Source: an uncultured bacterium (GTDB lineage Bacteria; Verrucomicrobiota; Kiritimatiellia; RFP12; UBA1067). From it: 64,000 nucleotides of DNA. The stretch is from contig CACWSW010000001.1 of assembly GCA_902763655.1 (NCBI GenBank), forward strand, positions 5,172 to 69,171, given 5' to 3'. Positions 1 to 9,709 of this stretch are shown here, in pieces (within the stretch, counting starts at the first letter, position 1; each line of letters opens with the position of its first letter). The translations under genes and the position numbers were made by a program. Below the pieces are notes generated by a model. It was not told the origin of the DNA. It worked only from the letters and a program-made list of their open reading frames with translations, and did no database searches.

Positions 1-206
1 GCCGGACCTTTTTTCTTCGCGGTCGTCGGCTTCTTCACTGCTGCGGGCTTCTTGGAGGCGGCAGGTTTCGGCTTCGCCTCTGACTTCTTTTTCGCGCCAG
101 CAGGTGACTTCCCTGCAACGCTTTTCACGTGCGCGGGCTTCTTTGCCGATGCCGCGGCCGAACTCTTCATTTTCGATTCTTTCGTGTTTTTCGTCTTTAC
201 GGCCAT
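1..206 (-). CDS. Lys/Ala-rich histone H1-like DNA-binding protein (partial, runs off window start)
   Basis: Minus-strand ATG at 206 preceded by GGAGG RBS. Translation MAVKTKNTKESKMKSSAAASAKKPAHVKS...AKKK is KAAK-type low-complexity, typical of H1/Hc1-like tails. Confidence 0.5.
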   Translation of the reverse strand, partial: MAVKTKNTKESKMKSSAAASAKKPAHVKSVAGKSPAGAKKKSEAKPKPAASKKPAAVKKPTTAKKKGP

Positions 207-335
207 GATACCTCCAAACTATAGTTCTATCATATGCCGAAATGTCAAGAGGGATAGTATATCGTTTTTCCGTCTGAGGCGCAAGGGGGTGACGAAAAAA
301 AGAAATATTCGCTTTCCGGAAAGTTGGCGCGGGTA

Positions 336-1487
336 TCACTTCAGGTGCAGTCTGTCGAGGACCTCCGCCAGACGCTCGCGCTTCTCCATGGCGGCAGCTA
401 GGGGCGACGGGAAGAGCGATGGCTCTGGATCGGCACGCGTCTCGGTGAAGTCGGCAACGCCGAACCCCACAAGCCGCACTGTACGTCTTCCGCCTTCAGG
501 CCACTCGCGGTCGAAGAGTTCCAGCGCGAGGTGCCGGAACGTCATGTCGTCGCGTGCCGGCAGCTCGAAGCGCGCCTGGCGCGTGATGGTGTTGAAAGCG
601 CCGTCGCGAAGCTTCAGCTTCCCCGTGCGCGCCCAGCGCGTCTCTCGCCTCATGCGCCGTCCTACCTCGCCCACAAGACGCAGTAGCGTCTCGCGCACGG
701 CGGTGCGGTCAGTCTCGTCCTCGGGAAACGTATGTTCGCGCGATACGCTCTTCTCCTCCTCTTCGCAAACGACCTCCGAGAAGTCGATGCCGTTGGCATG
801 GCGACGTATGGACTCTGCCGCAGAGTCCCCGAGTATCTTCTGCAGGAAGCGAGGATCGGCCGCCTGCAGGTCGCCGCACGTGCGGTAGCCGTATTTGGCC
901 AATGTCTCGTTCGTCTTCTTGCCGACGCCCCAGAGTATCTTCACGGGGCGTGGTGCGAGCCACGCCCGCACCTCGTCATCCGCGAACGGCATGACGTAGA
1001 GGCCGTCCGGCTTCGCCTCCTCGCTTCCGATCTTGGCGAGCAGGCGGTTCGGCGCCAGCCCTACCGAGCAGGTGAGACGGCATTTCTCCCGCACCTCCGT
1101 CCGCAGCCTCTCGCCCAGCGTGCGCGGATCTCCGAACAGGTGAACCGTCCCCGTCACGTCCAGGAACGCCTCGTCGACGGACACCCCCTCCACGAAAGGC
1201 GAATAGTGCTCCAATATCTCGAAAACCTGCGCCGAAACGGCCGAATACGCCTTCATGCGCGGCTTCACGAAGATGCCATGCGGACACAGGCTGCAGGCCG
1301 TACGGCTCGGCATCGCCGAATGGACGCCAAACTTTCGCGCCTCGTAGGAGCACGTGGAGACCACTCCGCGCTCGTGCGGCCCTGCGCCGACAATTACCGG
1401 CTTGCCGCGCCATTCGGGATGGTCGCGTTGCTCCACGGCCGCGAAGAACGCGTCCATGTCCACGTGCAGTATGACTTTCTTTTCCAC
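336..1487 (-). CDS. dinB: DNA polymerase IV (Y-family translesion polymerase)
   Basis: 383 aa. N-terminus MEKKVILHVDMDAFFAAVEQRD and motifs SIDEAFLDVTG / GLAPNRLLAKIGSE are characteristic of the DinB/UmuC family. Confidence 0.85.
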   Translation of the reverse strand: MEKKVILHVDMDAFFAAVEQRDHPEWRGKPVIVGAGPHERGVVSTCSYEARKFGVHSAMPSRTACSLCPHGIFVKPRMKAYSAVSAQVFEILEHYSPFVEGVSVDEAFLDVTGTVHLFGDPRTLGERLRTEVREKCRLTCSVGLAPNRLLAKIGSEEAKPDGLYVMPFADDEVRAWLAPRPVKILWGVGKKTNETLAKYGYRTCGDLQAADPRFLQKILGDSAAESIRRHANGIDFSEVVCEEEEKSVSREHTFPEDETDRTAVRETLLRLVGEVGRRMRRETRWARTGKLKLRDGAFNTITRQARFELPARDDMTFRHLALELFDREWPEGGRRTVRLVGFGVADFTETRADPEPSLFPSPLAAAMEKRERLAEVLDRLHLK

Positions 1488-1636
1488 AGCTTTCCGATCT
1501 TACGGCCTTTCGGCGCCAACAGTATACACTCTCCCATACGGCCAAGCAACATGGCAATTGGCGAAGTGGGAGCCAGACACTAGGCACGAAGGGCCGAAAG
1601 ATGGTAAAATATCCGCACCTCACAAGGATCAATGTC

Positions 1637-2641
1637 ATGAAACTGCGGAAATGCAAGTCATATGCCATTGGCAGGATTGCCGCCTTTCTTGCCATGCTTT
1701 ACGCATGCGTTGCCCTAGGCGTGCATGCGGAAGCGAACATGCCGCTCATTGCGACGGCGGCGACGATGCAGGGCGCCGAACTCGCGAATGAAGACAAGGC
1801 ATACGGGAAGCTCCACGAGCGGATCGTCGGGCGCATCCAGCTGTGGCCGGAACTGGCGCCGCACGAGACCGGTGCGAATCCTGGGAAGTACGTGTTCGAC
1901 GAGAAGAGGAAGGTCTGGCGCAGGGTTGACGTGTCGCGCCCGGAGCTGATAATACTGAAGCCGGACAAGCCGGTCCGCGACACGCTCGTCGTCGTGATGC
2001 CGGGCGGCGGCTACCAATCACAGCACCTTGGGCACGTCTGCCGCGAGAGCCTGCCGATCCTCCAGTCTGGCCGTTGGGTGGCAGTGCTCCACTACCGCAT
2101 CCCGCGCAGGAAGGGGCGGAAGATCTACGACGCGCCGCGCGAAGACGCGGCGAGAGCGATACGGCACTTGCGCGCCGACGCGGCGAAGTTCGGCTGGTCG
2201 CCAGAGAAGATCGGCGCCGTCGGCTTCTCGGCCGGCGCGCACTTGGCGGCAGTCTCTGCCACATCGTCGCAGGACGCGCTCTACGGTCGTGTCGACGCGC
2301 TGGACGACATCTCGCCGCACCTCAACTTCTCGGTGCCGGTCTATCCAGCTTACGTGGCCGCCGACGGGCCGGAGGGCCCGAACAAGAACGGCGGCGACGG
2401 CGCGGCGATCCAGCCCGAGTTCAAGTTCGACTCGAAGACGCCACCCATGTTCCTCGTGCACGGCGACAAGGACTACTACTCGCCCATGGGATCCGTGCTG
2501 CTCTACGCGGAACTCCACAAGCGGAAGATCCCCGCGCAGCTGTTCGTCTACGCGAACGTGAGCCACGGCCTTGGCGACACCGTCAACGCGCGGGGCTGGC
2601 AGAAGCGGATCGTGGACTGGATACAGAGCATAGGATTTTGA
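1637..2641 (+). CDS. secreted alpha/beta-hydrolase fold esterase/lipase
   Basis: Signal-peptide-like N-terminus (MKLRKCKSYAIGRIAAFLAMLYACVALGVHA). HGGGY oxyanion-hole motif and GFSAGAHLA (GxSxG) nucleophile elbow. Confidence 0.65.
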   Translation: MKLRKCKSYAIGRIAAFLAMLYACVALGVHAEANMPLIATAATMQGAELANEDKAYGKLHERIVGRIQLWPELAPHETGANPGKYVFDEKRKVWRRVDVSRPELIILKPDKPVRDTLVVVMPGGGYQSQHLGHVCRESLPILQSGRWVAVLHYRIPRRKGRKIYDAPREDAARAIRHLRADAAKFGWSPEKIGAVGFSAGAHLAAVSATSSQDALYGRVDALDDISPHLNFSVPVYPAYVAADGPEGPNKNGGDGAAIQPEFKFDSKTPPMFLVHGDKDYYSPMGSVLLYAELHKRKIPAQLFVYANVSHGLGDTVNARGWQKRIVDWIQSIGF

Positions 2642-2651
2642 GGCACGCGCA

Positions 2652-3467
2652 ATGAAGGACGACTACGAGCTGATCGATTCAGGCGACGGACGAAAGTTCG
2701 AGCGCTTTGGAGCCTACACGCTAGTCCGCCCATGCTCGCAGGCGATGTGGCGTCCGCGCGACGCCGCAGCGTGGCGGACCGCTTCGGCCACTTTCGACCG
2801 CGAGGACGGCAACCGCTGGCATGGGCGCAGCGCGCTGCCAAAGGAATGGAACATCGAGACGGCCGGCATCCGATTCAGGCTCAGCGGAACGGACTTCGGC
2901 CACCTCGGCATATTCCCCGAGCAGCGCGAGCAGTGGAAGTGGATCAGGGGGAAGGTTGGGGAACGGGAAACGGTGAGCGTGCTGAATCTGTTCGCATACT
3001 CGGGGGGCAGCACGATCGCGGCGGCGCAAGGCGGGGCGGAGGTGTGCCACCTGGACGCTGCGAAGGGGATGGTGCAGTGGGCGCGCGAGAACGCCGCCCT
3101 GAACGGTCTGCAGGACCACCCCATCCGCTGGATAGCGGACGACGCCCACAAGTTCCTCCGGCGCGAGGTTCGGCGCGGGCGGCGATATGACGCCGTGATC
3201 CTCGATCCGCCGACGTTCGGGCGCGGGGCGAACGGCGAACTGTACAAGATCGAACGCGACCTGCAGGAGACTTTGGGACTCGTGAGGGATGTCCTCTCCG
3301 CGAAGCCGCTCTTCGTGCTCTTCTCCTCGCACACGCCTGGACTCTCGTGCCGCGTGGCGGAGAACGTCATCCGCCAGGCGTTCCCCGCGTGCCGCTCGGT
3401 CGAGGCCGGCGAGATGCTTCTTGGAGACGATTGTCCTTCTGGTGTTTATTGTCGGGGCGTTTTTTGA
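2652..3467 (+). CDS. class I SAM-dependent methyltransferase (RlmI/YccW-like catalytic domain)
   Basis: 271 aa. Rossmann-fold motifs VLNLFAYSGGSTIAAA and VILDPPTFGR typical of the rRNA m5C methyltransferase family. Confidence 0.6.
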   Translation: MKDDYELIDSGDGRKFERFGAYTLVRPCSQAMWRPRDAAAWRTASATFDREDGNRWHGRSALPKEWNIETAGIRFRLSGTDFGHLGIFPEQREQWKWIRGKVGERETVSVLNLFAYSGGSTIAAAQGGAEVCHLDAAKGMVQWARENAALNGLQDHPIRWIADDAHKFLRREVRRGRRYDAVILDPPTFGRGANGELYKIERDLQETLGLVRDVLSAKPLFVLFSSHTPGLSCRVAENVIRQAFPACRSVEAGEMLLGDDCPSGVYCRGVF

Positions 3468-3482
3468 TAGAATATTGGCGCC

Positions 3483-5213
3483 ATGAGGCAGATTCTAAAA
3501 TCGAAGAGGACAATCCTGTTCCTTGCCACGGTCGCGTTCATGCTGTACGGCTTCGGCGGCATGTTCATGCGCTTGCGCCACGTGTTTGCCGATCCGCTAG
3601 AGGACATGTCTTTCGGTTGGCTCGTGCCCGTGTTCTCGCTATATGTCCTGTGGACGTCGCGGCGCGAGCTCAAGGAGTCGGCAGGAAAGCCGTCCGTCCT
3701 CGGGTTCCTGGCATGCCTGCCGTGCATCGCCGTGGCGCTCATAGGCACACGCGGACTGCAGTTGCGGCTGGAGCAGGCGGGCTTTGTTGGCCTTTGCATA
3801 TCCTTGCCTTGGGCGTTCTACGGATGGCGCGTGGCGAAGCTTTGCATGTTTCCGGCGATCTACCTTCTCTTTACCGTGCCGCTGGCCACGTTCCTTGACG
3901 TCGTGACGATTCATCTGCGTCTTCTTGCGAGCGGCACGGCATTCGCGGTTCTGAAGGGCTTCGGCGTTGAGGTGGCGCAGCATGGCACGGCCATCATCGC
4001 GCAGGGCGCCCATGCATTCAACATAGACGTGGCCGAGCCGTGTTCGGGGCTGCGTTCGCTTTTCGCGCTCATGGCGCTAACTGCGGCATACTCGTGGTAC
4101 ACGCAGCCGACATGGCTGCGACGCATCGCGCTCTTTGCCTGCTCTATCCCGCTGGCGGTGCTTGGGAACGTCGTGCGCATCCTCACGATCTGCATGTGCG
4201 CGGCATGGGGATCGGCAGACTTCGCCATGGGGTTCTACCACGACTATTCCGGATACGTCATCTTCATCGTCGCCATCTCGCTCATGGTGGCGTGCGGAGA
4301 GGTCGTAGGACGATTTGCCGACAGCTGGAACAATTCGCACGGCTTGAGGGGCGTGAAGCTTACGAAGGGAGAAAACGAGGGAAGTGCATTCAGGAATCTC
4401 GGCTGCGTCAGGAACCTTGACACTCACACGGACCTCAACGGCAAACAAGTGCGGGGGCCGTTCGTCCCGGGAACAGCGGCAACGGAGGATGCTGGGAACC
4501 GCACCTGGTTGGCGTTGGCGACTGCCGTAATCCTCGCGCCCATCTTCGTGTTCCAGGCGATGACGCCAGTGTCGATGATCATGAGTCCGCCGGAGTTCGA
4601 GCTCCCCCAGAAGATCGCCGGATGCCAAACGGACGGTATCTTGTTCTGCACCAACGAGCAGTGCGCCCGCTCGGTGCTGGCGTCGCGCATGGGAGATGGG
4701 CAGGCTAACTGCCCGGCATGCGGCAGCGAGCTGTCGTCGCACTCGCTCGGGGAGACGAAGGTGCTTCCGGCGGACACCAAGATAATCAAGCGCGTCTATC
4801 GGATGTCGGAAGTGCAGTTCATCGTGTCCGCAGTTATCGGAGGGCAGTCGAAAAGCTCTCTGCACCGTCCGGAACTGTGCATGCCTGCGCAGGGATACGT
4901 GATGAGCAATCCGTGCTCTTTCGACGTGGCGGGACGTCCGTTCCATGCCATCCATCTTTCCGGAGCGAACTCCTCGCCGAGCGTGCTGGCGTACACGTTC
5001 TTCAACCAGGCAGGCGTGAGGACAGCCTCGCACACGCAGCGTATCCTGATCGACACTTGGGACAGGTCAGTGCACAATCGGATCGACCGTTGGGTGATGG
5101 TGACGGTCAACGCCTCCGTCCCGATGGACAGCGCCGGGTTCGATCTCATGCACGAGGCTGACCGTCTCCAGCTGGAGGAGTTCCTGGCGCGACTCTCGGA
5201 GGTGCTGCCATGA
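3483..5213 (+). CDS. exosortase (multi-TM transpeptidase) fused to a C-terminal EpsI-like domain with an inserted Cys4 zinc ribbon
   Basis: 576 aa. N-terminal polytopic region with exosortase signature residues (AEPCSGLRS cysteine motif, GNVVRIL Asn/Arg). C-terminal ~200 aa is EpsI-like with CTNEQC...CPAC. Confidence 0.6.
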   Translation: MRQILKSKRTILFLATVAFMLYGFGGMFMRLRHVFADPLEDMSFGWLVPVFSLYVLWTSRRELKESAGKPSVLGFLACLPCIAVALIGTRGLQLRLEQAGFVGLCISLPWAFYGWRVAKLCMFPAIYLLFTVPLATFLDVVTIHLRLLASGTAFAVLKGFGVEVAQHGTAIIAQGAHAFNIDVAEPCSGLRSLFALMALTAAYSWYTQPTWLRRIALFACSIPLAVLGNVVRILTICMCAAWGSADFAMGFYHDYSGYVIFIVAISLMVACGEVVGRFADSWNNSHGLRGVKLTKGENEGSAFRNLGCVRNLDTHTDLNGKQVRGPFVPGTAATEDAGNRTWLALATAVILAPIFVFQAMTPVSMIMSPPEFELPQKIAGCQTDGILFCTNEQCARSVLASRMGDGQANCPACGSELSSHSLGETKVLPADTKIIKRVYRMSEVQFIVSAVIGGQSKSSLHRPELCMPAQGYVMSNPCSFDVAGRPFHAIHLSGANSSPSVLAYTFFNQAGVRTASHTQRILIDTWDRSVHNRIDRWVMVTVNASVPMDSAGFDLMHEADRLQLEEFLARLSEVLP

Positions 5214-7126
5214 CTGGATTCTGGCAGAATCTCATGGCGTTCTTCGCCAAGACGTCTCCGTACTGGGGACTGTTGCTCGGATCGCTTTTCCTTTCGCTCT
5301 TCCTCACTCCCATTTGCCGTGCTTGCGCGGTGAGGCTCGGGATGGTGGACCTGCCTTCTTCTCGGCGCATCAACACGGTTCCGGTGCCGCGAGGTGGGGG
5401 ACTCGCGATCTTCCTCTCGATGGCGGCGACGCTGTACGTAGGAGCCGACGTATTGGACCTCTTCTCTGTCGTATCGGCCAACGTGCCATCGCTCTCCACC
5501 ATCCATCGCATCATGGCGCTTTCTGGAATGCTCTGCCTTCTTGGACTCGCGGACGACAAGTTCTCCCTGCCGCCTCTGGTCAAGCTGGGAGGGCAGGTGG
5601 CCGTTGCGCTTGGCGCGTACTTCTGGGCGCACGTCTCGTTTGGCGCCCATTATCCGATGCTTCCGATTTGGCTCGATTGCCCGTTCACGGTGTTCTGGAT
5701 CGTGGGGGCGATCAACGCATTCAACCTGATCGACGGACTGGATGGCCTCGCGACGGGGCTGGCCAGCATCGCCGCCATTGGCATGGCTGGCGCACTGTTC
5801 TTCAGCGGACGTCCGGAATGCACGCTTGTGCATTTCGCCTTTCTCGGCGCATGCCTAGGATTCCTGCGCTACAACTTCAATCCCGCGTCTGTGTTTCTCG
5901 GCGACACCGGCTCGATGTTCATCGGGTTCACGCTTGCGACGATACCGCTCGCTAGCGGCGGATCGGACTCGCTCTTCGTCAGTCTGGGCGTGCCTATCCT
6001 AGCGATGGGAGTGCCGATCTTCGACACCGCTCTGGCGATCATGAGGCGCGTGGTAAGGGCATTGCTGCGGCAGATGTCCGGCGCGGAGACCGGAAACACG
6101 CACGTCATGGAGGCTGACACGGACCATCTGCACCATCGCATCCTGCGCCAGCTCGTCACGCAGCGCAAGGCGACGTTGGCGCTTTATTGCCTTGCGGTTT
6201 TCTTTGTCCTCATCGGGCTTGGCGGACTCGCGCTCAAGGGGCGAGCGGTAGCGCTCTACATCGTCGGGTTCATGGTCGCCGTCGTCGTCCTGTTCCGAGA
6301 CATGCGGCGCATCGAGCTATGGGACACGGGACGACTCCTGAACGCCGTCGCCCGCGAGAAGCGGCCGACCGTCTCGCGCCGCCGTCAGATGCTGCGCGTG
6401 CCTTTCCGCCTCACCTTGGACATCATCGTGCTGATCGGCGTATGGGTCATGTCGGCGCTGACGCTCTCCAAGCCTTTGACCGAGGCGGCGCTGCGAAGGG
6501 GACTGGCAACGTACACGATTCCCGTGTTCCTCTGTCTCGTGTTCTTCAGGGCGTACATGACTGTATGGAGCCGCGCACAGCTTTCAAACTACGTGCGCCT
6601 GGTGCTGGCGGTGCTTATCGGCGTGGGAATCGCTGTGGCGACCGTGGAGTTTGCGCAACTGCCACATACCCATCTTTTCATGTTCTCGTGCCTCTACGCT
6701 GCGCTCGCGATCCTCGGCCTTATCGTCACCCGCGTCATGAGGGCAGTCGTGCGCGACTTCTTCTACGCTCTCGACAGCGGGCACCTGTCTGACGCGTCCG
6801 GCTCCGTGCGTACAGTTGTCTATGGTGCGGGCCTGCGGTACCGCGCTTTCCGCCGCGAGCTCGTGCGCTCGGTCGGGTCGGACACCAACAGACGCGTGAT
6901 CGTAGGCCTGCTCGACGACGACGTCCTCCTGCGCGGCCAGTACATCGGCGGCATCAAGATATTCGGCACACTCGAGCAGGCCCCCGCGATACTTCCGCGA
7001 CTGAAGGCTGACCTTGTGGTGGTTGCCTGCCAGATGACTCCTGAACGCCGCGAGGAAGTCAGGCGCATCCTCTCCACCTGCGCCGTCCAGGTCGTGGAAT
7101 GGACGTTCGAGGAGAAGGCGTGGTAG
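5210..7126 (+). CDS. polyprenyl-phosphate glycosyl-1-phosphate transferase (WecA/MraY family) with extra C-terminal domain
   Basis: 638 aa. ATGA overlap with the exosortase gene. PRGGGLAIF motif and multi-TM architecture of GT4 WecA/MraY enzymes. The C-terminal ~250 aa is an additional soluble domain. Confidence 0.6.
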   Translation: MTGFWQNLMAFFAKTSPYWGLLLGSLFLSLFLTPICRACAVRLGMVDLPSSRRINTVPVPRGGGLAIFLSMAATLYVGADVLDLFSVVSANVPSLSTIHRIMALSGMLCLLGLADDKFSLPPLVKLGGQVAVALGAYFWAHVSFGAHYPMLPIWLDCPFTVFWIVGAINAFNLIDGLDGLATGLASIAAIGMAGALFFSGRPECTLVHFAFLGACLGFLRYNFNPASVFLGDTGSMFIGFTLATIPLASGGSDSLFVSLGVPILAMGVPIFDTALAIMRRVVRALLRQMSGAETGNTHVMEADTDHLHHRILRQLVTQRKATLALYCLAVFFVLIGLGGLALKGRAVALYIVGFMVAVVVLFRDMRRIELWDTGRLLNAVAREKRPTVSRRRQMLRVPFRLTLDIIVLIGVWVMSALTLSKPLTEAALRRGLATYTIPVFLCLVFFRAYMTVWSRAQLSNYVRLVLAVLIGVGIAVATVEFAQLPHTHLFMFSCLYAALAILGLIVTRVMRAVVRDFFYALDSGHLSDASGSVRTVVYGAGLRYRAFRRELVRSVGSDTNRRVIVGLLDDDVLLRGQYIGGIKIFGTLEQAPAILPRLKADLVVVACQMTPERREEVRRILSTCAVQVVEWTFEEKAW

Positions 7127-7150
7127 TCACGCCTTCTCCGGAGCGCTGAA

Positions 7151-8269
7151 TCAGGAGTGCTCCCTGACGAAGCGCATCATGTCGTCGTAGCACTCGTCCA
7201 GCTCGGCCTTCTGCAGGTCGGTCAGCGACAGCTTCTCCAGACGCCACTTGCGGTTGTCGCCGACGGCGGTAGTGCCTTCCTCTCCCTTCTTTGCCTTGAA
7301 GTACTGCCGCGAGACGGTCGTCTTGAAGAGGCCGAGCCGCTGGAAGTAGTAGAGGGAGTAGCCGCGCAGTCCGCTGGGCATGTTGCGCTGGTCGATCAGC
7401 AGGCGGAGGAGCGCGTAGGACTCCGTAAGAGTTCCCTTGGCGTCGCGCGACTCCATCTCACGCCAGATGTGCGCGAGAAGGGGTGCGTAGGCGCAACGCT
7501 CGGTGACAAGCCCCTCCGAGCCGCAGCGACGGCTCTGGTATAGCCATTGCCAGCCGCCCCACGCGCTGAAGACGGTGTGGATGACTGGCTTCGCCTTGTT
7601 CTCCTCGATCATCCTGTCGTTCGCGGCAGCGCCGCCGCTCTCCTCCTTGATGTAGCCGTAGATTGCGGGATGTTTCTTCGCAAGCTCGACGAGAAGCGCA
7701 ACGGACGGATCGGGGCAGGTCTTGTTCACGTGGGTCTGGATGATGACGGGGCGTTTTGCAACAGTGGCGAGCGCCTCGAAGTAGGCGCGCAGGTCCGCCT
7801 CCGTCTTGCCGTCGTCCGGAGGGCGCGAGATCATGGCGACGTTCGCGCGCGGATACCTGGCGGCAACCTCCTCTATGGCCTTCGCCTCGCGCAGCATCGT
7901 CTCGCGCGTGCCGTTGCAGCCGAACGTCATCATGGCGGACTTGCCCTGCATGGCCTTGGCGCACGCCTCGTAGCCCTTGACCTTCTCCTCGAACGTGAGC
8001 AGGTCCACGGCGTCGTTCGACTGGCACCAGATGACGCCAGGGCAGCCGTTGTCGGAGACCCACGCGACGGCCTTGCCGAGGGACTCGTAGTCGACGGACC
8101 CGTCCTCGTTGAACGGGGTGGACATGATCGGGAACGGTCCGCGCATGCGCGGGTCCCCGCCGCCAGGGGCCTTCGCGACGGCGGTGGTGGTGCGCGACTG
8201 GCGCGTGGCGGTGCATCCTGCAAGGGCCGCGCCTGCGGCGCCGAGCGCAAGGAACTGTCTTCTGTTCAT
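7151..8269 (-). CDS. DapA/NanA-family class I aldolase (dihydrodipicolinate synthase family) with TAT signal and lipobox
   Basis: Start taken at MNRRQFLALGAAGAALAGC (twin-arginine motif followed by L-A-G-C lipobox). The rest of the protein aligns to the DHDPS/N-acetylneuraminate lyase fold by my recognition. Confidence 0.55.
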   Translation of the reverse strand: MNRRQFLALGAAGAALAGCTATRQSRTTTAVAKAPGGGDPRMRGPFPIMSTPFNEDGSVDYESLGKAVAWVSDNGCPGVIWCQSNDAVDLLTFEEKVKGYEACAKAMQGKSAMMTFGCNGTRETMLREAKAIEEVAARYPRANVAMISRPPDDGKTEADLRAYFEALATVAKRPVIIQTHVNKTCPDPSVALLVELAKKHPAIYGYIKEESGGAAANDRMIEENKAKPVIHTVFSAWGGWQWLYQSRRCGSEGLVTERCAYAPLLAHIWREMESRDAKGTLTESYALLRLLIDQRNMPSGLRGYSLYYFQRLGLFKTTVSRQYFKAKKGEEGTTAVGDNRKWRLEKLSLTDLQKAELDECYDDMMRFVREHS

Positions 8270-8436
8270 GCTAATCCTTCTTTTGCGGTGAAATCGACAG
8301 CAACATTCTACCATAGCGCCGTTCCGTTGGCAACGAGGCGATCGATGCGCTTGTCGATCGCCGATCGCACGAAGGTTGGTAGGCCCCTTCGCCAGAAATA
8401 TGGTATAATTACGTCCGCTGAAAGGACAGCATAAGA

Positions 8437-9339
8437 ATGAAATACGACAAAAACCATGCGTTGCTCGAGACGAGCATTCCTGGGCTGCCGCCTCCATCGA
8501 GCGGCAAGGTGCGCGATGTCTTCGACCTCGGCGACAAGCTACTTATGGTGGTAACGGACCGCATAAGCGCGTTCGACGTGATCCTCCCAGGCGGCATTCC
8601 GGACAAGGGCAAGGTCCTCAACCAGCTATCTCTGTTCTGGATGGAGTTCCTGGGCGTGCCGAACCATCTCGTGACCGCCGACGTGGCCGAATATCCAAGC
8701 TTCCTCAAGTCCGTCGCTGAGGACCTGCGCGGACGCTCGATGCTGGTGAAGAAGGTGGACATGGTCCCGTTCGAGTGCATCGTGCGCGGCTACCTCACGG
8801 GTTCCGGCTGGAAGGAGTACCAGCGGTCGCAGACCGTTAACGGCCAGCCGCTTCGCATGGGCTACCAGAACGCCTCCAAGCTCGACGAGGTCCTCTTCAC
8901 GCCGACCACAAAGGCGGCGATCGGCGACCACGACGAGGCGATCACCGTGGAGGAGATGGCGCGCGAGACCGGCGCAGAGTTGGCAAACGCCCTCAAGGAC
9001 GCGTCAATATCCTGCTACACGAAGGCGGCGGATTACGCCGCCGGTCACGGCATCATCATCGCGGACACGAAATTCGAGTTCGGCCGCGCCGCGGATGGTT
9101 CGCTGATCCTGGCGGACGAGGTGCTCACGCCAGACTCGTCGCGCTTCTGGCCGCAGAAGTCCTACGCGGTAGGCAAGAACCCGCCGTCGCTCGACAAGCA
9201 GTTCGTGCGCGACTGGCTGGACGAGATCGGCTTCAACCGCCAGCCCCCAGCCCCGGAGCTGCCGGACGAGGTTGTACGCAAGACGCACGAAATCTACGTC
9301 AAGGCATACGAGGAGCTTAGTGGAAAGAAGCTGGTCTAG
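8437..9339 (+). CDS. purC: phosphoribosylaminoimidazole-succinocarboxamide synthase (SAICAR synthetase)
   Basis: 300 aa. GKVRDVFDLGDKLLMVVTDRISAFD and the other PurC hallmark motifs are present. Confidence 0.85.
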   Translation: MKYDKNHALLETSIPGLPPPSSGKVRDVFDLGDKLLMVVTDRISAFDVILPGGIPDKGKVLNQLSLFWMEFLGVPNHLVTADVAEYPSFLKSVAEDLRGRSMLVKKVDMVPFECIVRGYLTGSGWKEYQRSQTVNGQPLRMGYQNASKLDEVLFTPTTKAAIGDHDEAITVEEMARETGAELANALKDASISCYTKAADYAAGHGIIIADTKFEFGRAADGSLILADEVLTPDSSRFWPQKSYAVGKNPPSLDKQFVRDWLDEIGFNRQPPAPELPDEVVRKTHEIYVKAYEELSGKKLV

Positions 9340-9709
9340 GGAGGCGAGCGAGGCGCTAGACGCGTATCCGTGGAATTCGCCGGCCGAGAAGGCGAAGGCT
9401 CGTGCGGAGGCCGAGCTGGTGTCGTTCGGGGCGGAGGTGGAGTGCGACGACCTGCCGCTTCCCGTGCGCCGCTGGTTGAAGCGCCAGGCGCGTCCCAGGT
9501 ACGTATGGCGCGGCGAGAGCCTGAAGGTGGCCACCGCGGCGTTCGAGGCGGACCTGCTCTCGCAGGCGCTCGCGGCGAACGGCGGCAGCGTTGCCGCGGC
9601 GGCAAGAGCCCTGGGGTCCACTCCGCGCATCGTCGCCTACAAGGCCAGGAAATACGGCTTAAAGAAAACAACAACACACAAAGGAGCAAGCAGAAATGGG
9701 AATCTTTGA
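9316..9709 (+). CDS. Fis-type helix-turn-helix DNA-binding protein
   Basis: C-terminus GGSVAAAARALGSTPRIVAYKARKYGL is a Fis/NtrC-type HTH. The start is uncertain; I chose the GTG near 9316 just after purC. Confidence 0.4.

Noticed and set aside
52-888. 278-aa plus-strand ORF overlapping dinB
   Set aside because: It lies antisense to a well-supported dinB gene. The translation is low-complexity, Arg/Ser/Phe-rich GC-frame noise with no start context.
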